Source of the DNA: Oculina patagonica
Lineage: Eukaryota
Direction of reading: 5' to 3'
Assembly (NCBI RefSeq): GCF_052425735.1
Contig: NC_135765.1
Location: forward strand, 33,356,001 to 33,420,000
DNA: 64,000 nt
Shown here piece by piece: positions 61,289 through 64,000 of this stretch. Under the pieces are notes generated by a model that saw nothing but the letters and a program-made list of their open reading frames with translations, searched no databases and was not told where the DNA came from. Made by a program: the position numbers and the translations under genes. Numbering within the stretch: position 1 is the stretch's first letter; each line of letters begins with the position of its first letter.

Positions 61289-63660
61289 TGTTATTTGCCG
61301 GCCGGGAGGTCCGTATTGGGAAAAACTGTACCTGAGGTCTTGAGTTCGGCCCGAGGCCGCAGGCCGAGGGCCGTGCTCAAGACCGAGGGTACAGTTTTCC
61401 CAATACGGACCGACCTAGGCCGGCAAATAACATTTTTATTTTTTTTTCTACGGTTTACTGATTATTTCTTCAAAAAAATGTGCGCAAGCGGTGAAAGCCG
61501 TTCTCAAACTTGGCGCGCGAGTGGATTCCACATCTCGGCCATGAAAGAATTCTGTTTGCAGAATGTTTACCCAAGGAGATTAAGATTTCTGCTGATTTAA
61601 CGTATCAAAATGAGAAATAAGCAATAAGCGGTTGTTTTTTTACCTATGTGACAGAAAAAGGAATTATTGCAAAGAAAGGATAATCAGGAAAAACGGCACA
61701 CATTCAGGAAAAAAAATTATAAATGGCTTTATTTATGGTCATACAAGCCAAAACGTTACCTACTCTGGTTAAAATCAATGAAGTGTAAAAACGCCACTCA
61801 AATGCTTTTAAATGCCTCTCAAATGCTAAAAATGTCACTCAAATGTCACTAAATGTCGCCCGAATCCATAAAAGGGAAAATCACCTGATCTGTTCATGAC
61901 AGAAAGTTGTCAAAGCTTACAAATTTATTCATTTACAATCTGCCGAAAGTTTGCCGTGTTTTCGCAAAGCTAAGAAAATCTTTTCAAATACTAATGTATG
62001 TAAACTTTTTAAACACGTTTCAAAAGGAAAACTTTGTCCTCAATGATTTTTAATCCGAATCGGAATCATCGCTTATGATCGCGACGCGTTTCTTCTTTCT
62101 TGAGGGCCACGAGGTGCTGTCTTCTGAACTCACCGGCGCTGCAGAGGACATAAAATTGAAGGTACATCCTTCGAACTTGCCAATCGTGGCTCCTGAGAAA
62201 AATCCTTCAGTCTTCGAGGAAGAGGCTTCTTGCTGGACTGACTGACACATCTTTTCTGTTTTCATCTCAGAGTTACCAGAGAAACTGGCGGAGGACCGGC
62301 TCAGCACCATTGACATTCGTCGCTGATGACCTTCAGATGCTGCCTTGTATGAATCTAAACTTTTCAGGTTTTTGTGTCCGCTGAGTTGGGCTACGTAGTT
62401 TTCCGGGAGGTCTGCATCCATTAAACGAGATATACATGTTTTTCTTACTGAGTGGTTACTGATTTTTCCGGATAGTCCTGCGGCTTTGGCTGCGTTTACG
62501 AGGAATTTACCGATCGCATTCTTACCGAGAGGACTGTTGCAGTACCATATCTGTGAATCTGGCTTCCTCTTGTGGTTAATGGCCAAAAAGAACGGAGAGT
62601 CCGGGTGTTTCATCTTTTCCGAGCGATGAGCGGCGAACATCTTGTAGAGCTTTACAGGGCAACGCTCGTTGTTTGTGGGCCGCGCGGTTGGATTAAATGC
62701 TCTTTGGTGCGTACCTTCGCCATGTCTTGTTTTTGAACCTCTCTCAGCTGCCCACACCAGAACTTCTTCATCACGTTCAGGATCTTTTTCAATGACAATG
62801 TCTCCCCATCTTAATTTCCGGGACTCGTCTCGAGCTCTGAAGCCAAAATGCAGGGATAAAACCCACCAAACGGTTCGCTGCAGTACCTCTGGGTCGTGGT
62901 CACCGAACTGTTTCGTACGAAACAACAAATCTTCTTCACTATCGGTGATTGCCCTTGCCGCTTGTGGGCGATTTCCCTTGGCGTGCTTCTCAACCAGCTC
63001 TCTTTTCTTTGCAAGGAGGACTTCTCTTGACTTTGCAAACTCCATGTCTTGGAAGATATTAAAAGATGAATGTTTGTCCTTTAGTTGCCGCTAAATACTT
63101 CTTTGGAAAGAGGTCAGGGAAGAGGGTTCGTAAACACCGCCATCTTTTTTTCTCACGTTCATGAAAAATTTGCACAGCAGTACGTTCAGTTCGTTGGCTG
63201 AGATATTTTCCAGATTTCTACGCTCACCGATTGACAAACAATATCTGTTCCAGACATTTATGTCATATCCTGTTTTCTTGGTCGTATTTTCCGGTCTCTG
63301 TTTTTCAATGTACTCTTGGATTGTGAGCATTTCATCTTCTTCGTTGTCGTTCCTCGCGTTTCCGTAATTTGTGTTGGCTGAAGGTATGTTTTCCTCATCT
63401 GGATAATAGAATTCATTTCGCTATGATAGCTATCGCTGTCAGAAGCCATAACAGTTTTAGTTTTTCTCGTTAGTGTTTACATTTTTCTTTTTTTAGTGTA
63501 ACAAAAACTTCTCGAAAAGTTGCAAAGCTGGAAAACTCGGAGCGGTCCGTAACCGGGGTCCGGTTGAGAAAAACCGGACCGCTGCGGCGCGCGCAATTAG
63601 CCAATCAGATCCAAGGATTCAGGATTCCGGACCGCTGAGATGCTTGAGAAAAAAATAATT
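61289..63660 (-). mobile_element. Crypton-type tyrosine-recombinase transposon
   Basis: Terminal ~144-bp hairpin at 61289-61432 and an internal DUF3504-type YR ORF; located upstream of exon 3 of the divergent SAT. The right boundary is approximate. Confidence 0.7.
62050..63449 (-). pseudogene. Crypton tyrosine recombinase (DUF3504; KCTD1/ZMYM/QRICH1-related), disrupted by one stop codon and one frameshift
   Basis: Catalytic R-K-H-R-H-Y are all present: GFRARDE, GSKTRHG, NHSVRKT, SGHK, LDSY. ORFs 63091-63330 and 62050-63045 are in frame across a single TAG (63091-63093). A 1-nt frameshift near 63416 separates MASDSDSYHSE from EFYYPDEE. Confidence 0.85.
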
Positions 63661-64000
63661 AACAATTATTCGCCGAAGGCGAAGTGATTATTGTTGAATA
63701 ATCACTGAGCCTGAGGTGAATAATTGTTTTAGTAAAATTTTTAGAGGTGATCATCAAGAACTAAAAAAATAACGATAGCAAACAAGAAAACAGCAAACAC
63801 AAGTGTTCGCTTGCATACAGTGTAAACCAGTTTAATGCTTCTGGTTTAATTCATCGATTGCAATCAGAATTTATTTAGTTAAAGCAATAAAACGGAACAA
63901 AACAAACACTATGAGAAAGATAGATGTCCGGTACCTTTGTATGATTGTTGATGACTTCTAAGCGAATGTGCGAATCCTCTCGAAAATGAGTAGCTCCGGT

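Overview
AT-rich eukaryotic DNA. The repeat families and spliceosomal genes point to an anthozoan, most likely a stony coral (inference). Three contigs are separated by N-gaps: 273-22113, 22614-54647 and 55148-64000. Genes: (i) a SAT1/SAT2-family GNAT acetyltransferase closest to SAT2, as two complete 5-exon copies and two copies of exons 3-5 of a divergent paralog; (ii) three copies of a two-exon gene I do not recognise (172-174 aa), each with an N-myristoylation-type start (MGxxxS), a conserved core and a variable amphipathic C-terminal helix. The promoters of these three genes carry IRF/ISRE-like (GAAACTGAAAG) and NF-kB-like motifs, so they are the best candidate for an undescribed innate-immune effector family. 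Contig-end overlaps suggest the middle contig is inverted in the scaffold. Flipped and joined to contig 3, it is a second, locally very divergent version (haplotype or tandem paralog) of contig 1, with two copies of the unknown gene instead of one. The rest is mostly transposons: a Helentron-like element with 2A-like and OTU remnants, a recently inactivated Crypton tyrosine recombinase, a TTAA element with ~1.2 kb inverted arms, LINE 3' ends, tRNA-SINEs and many MITEs. Coordinates and identities were read by eye; no database searches were run.
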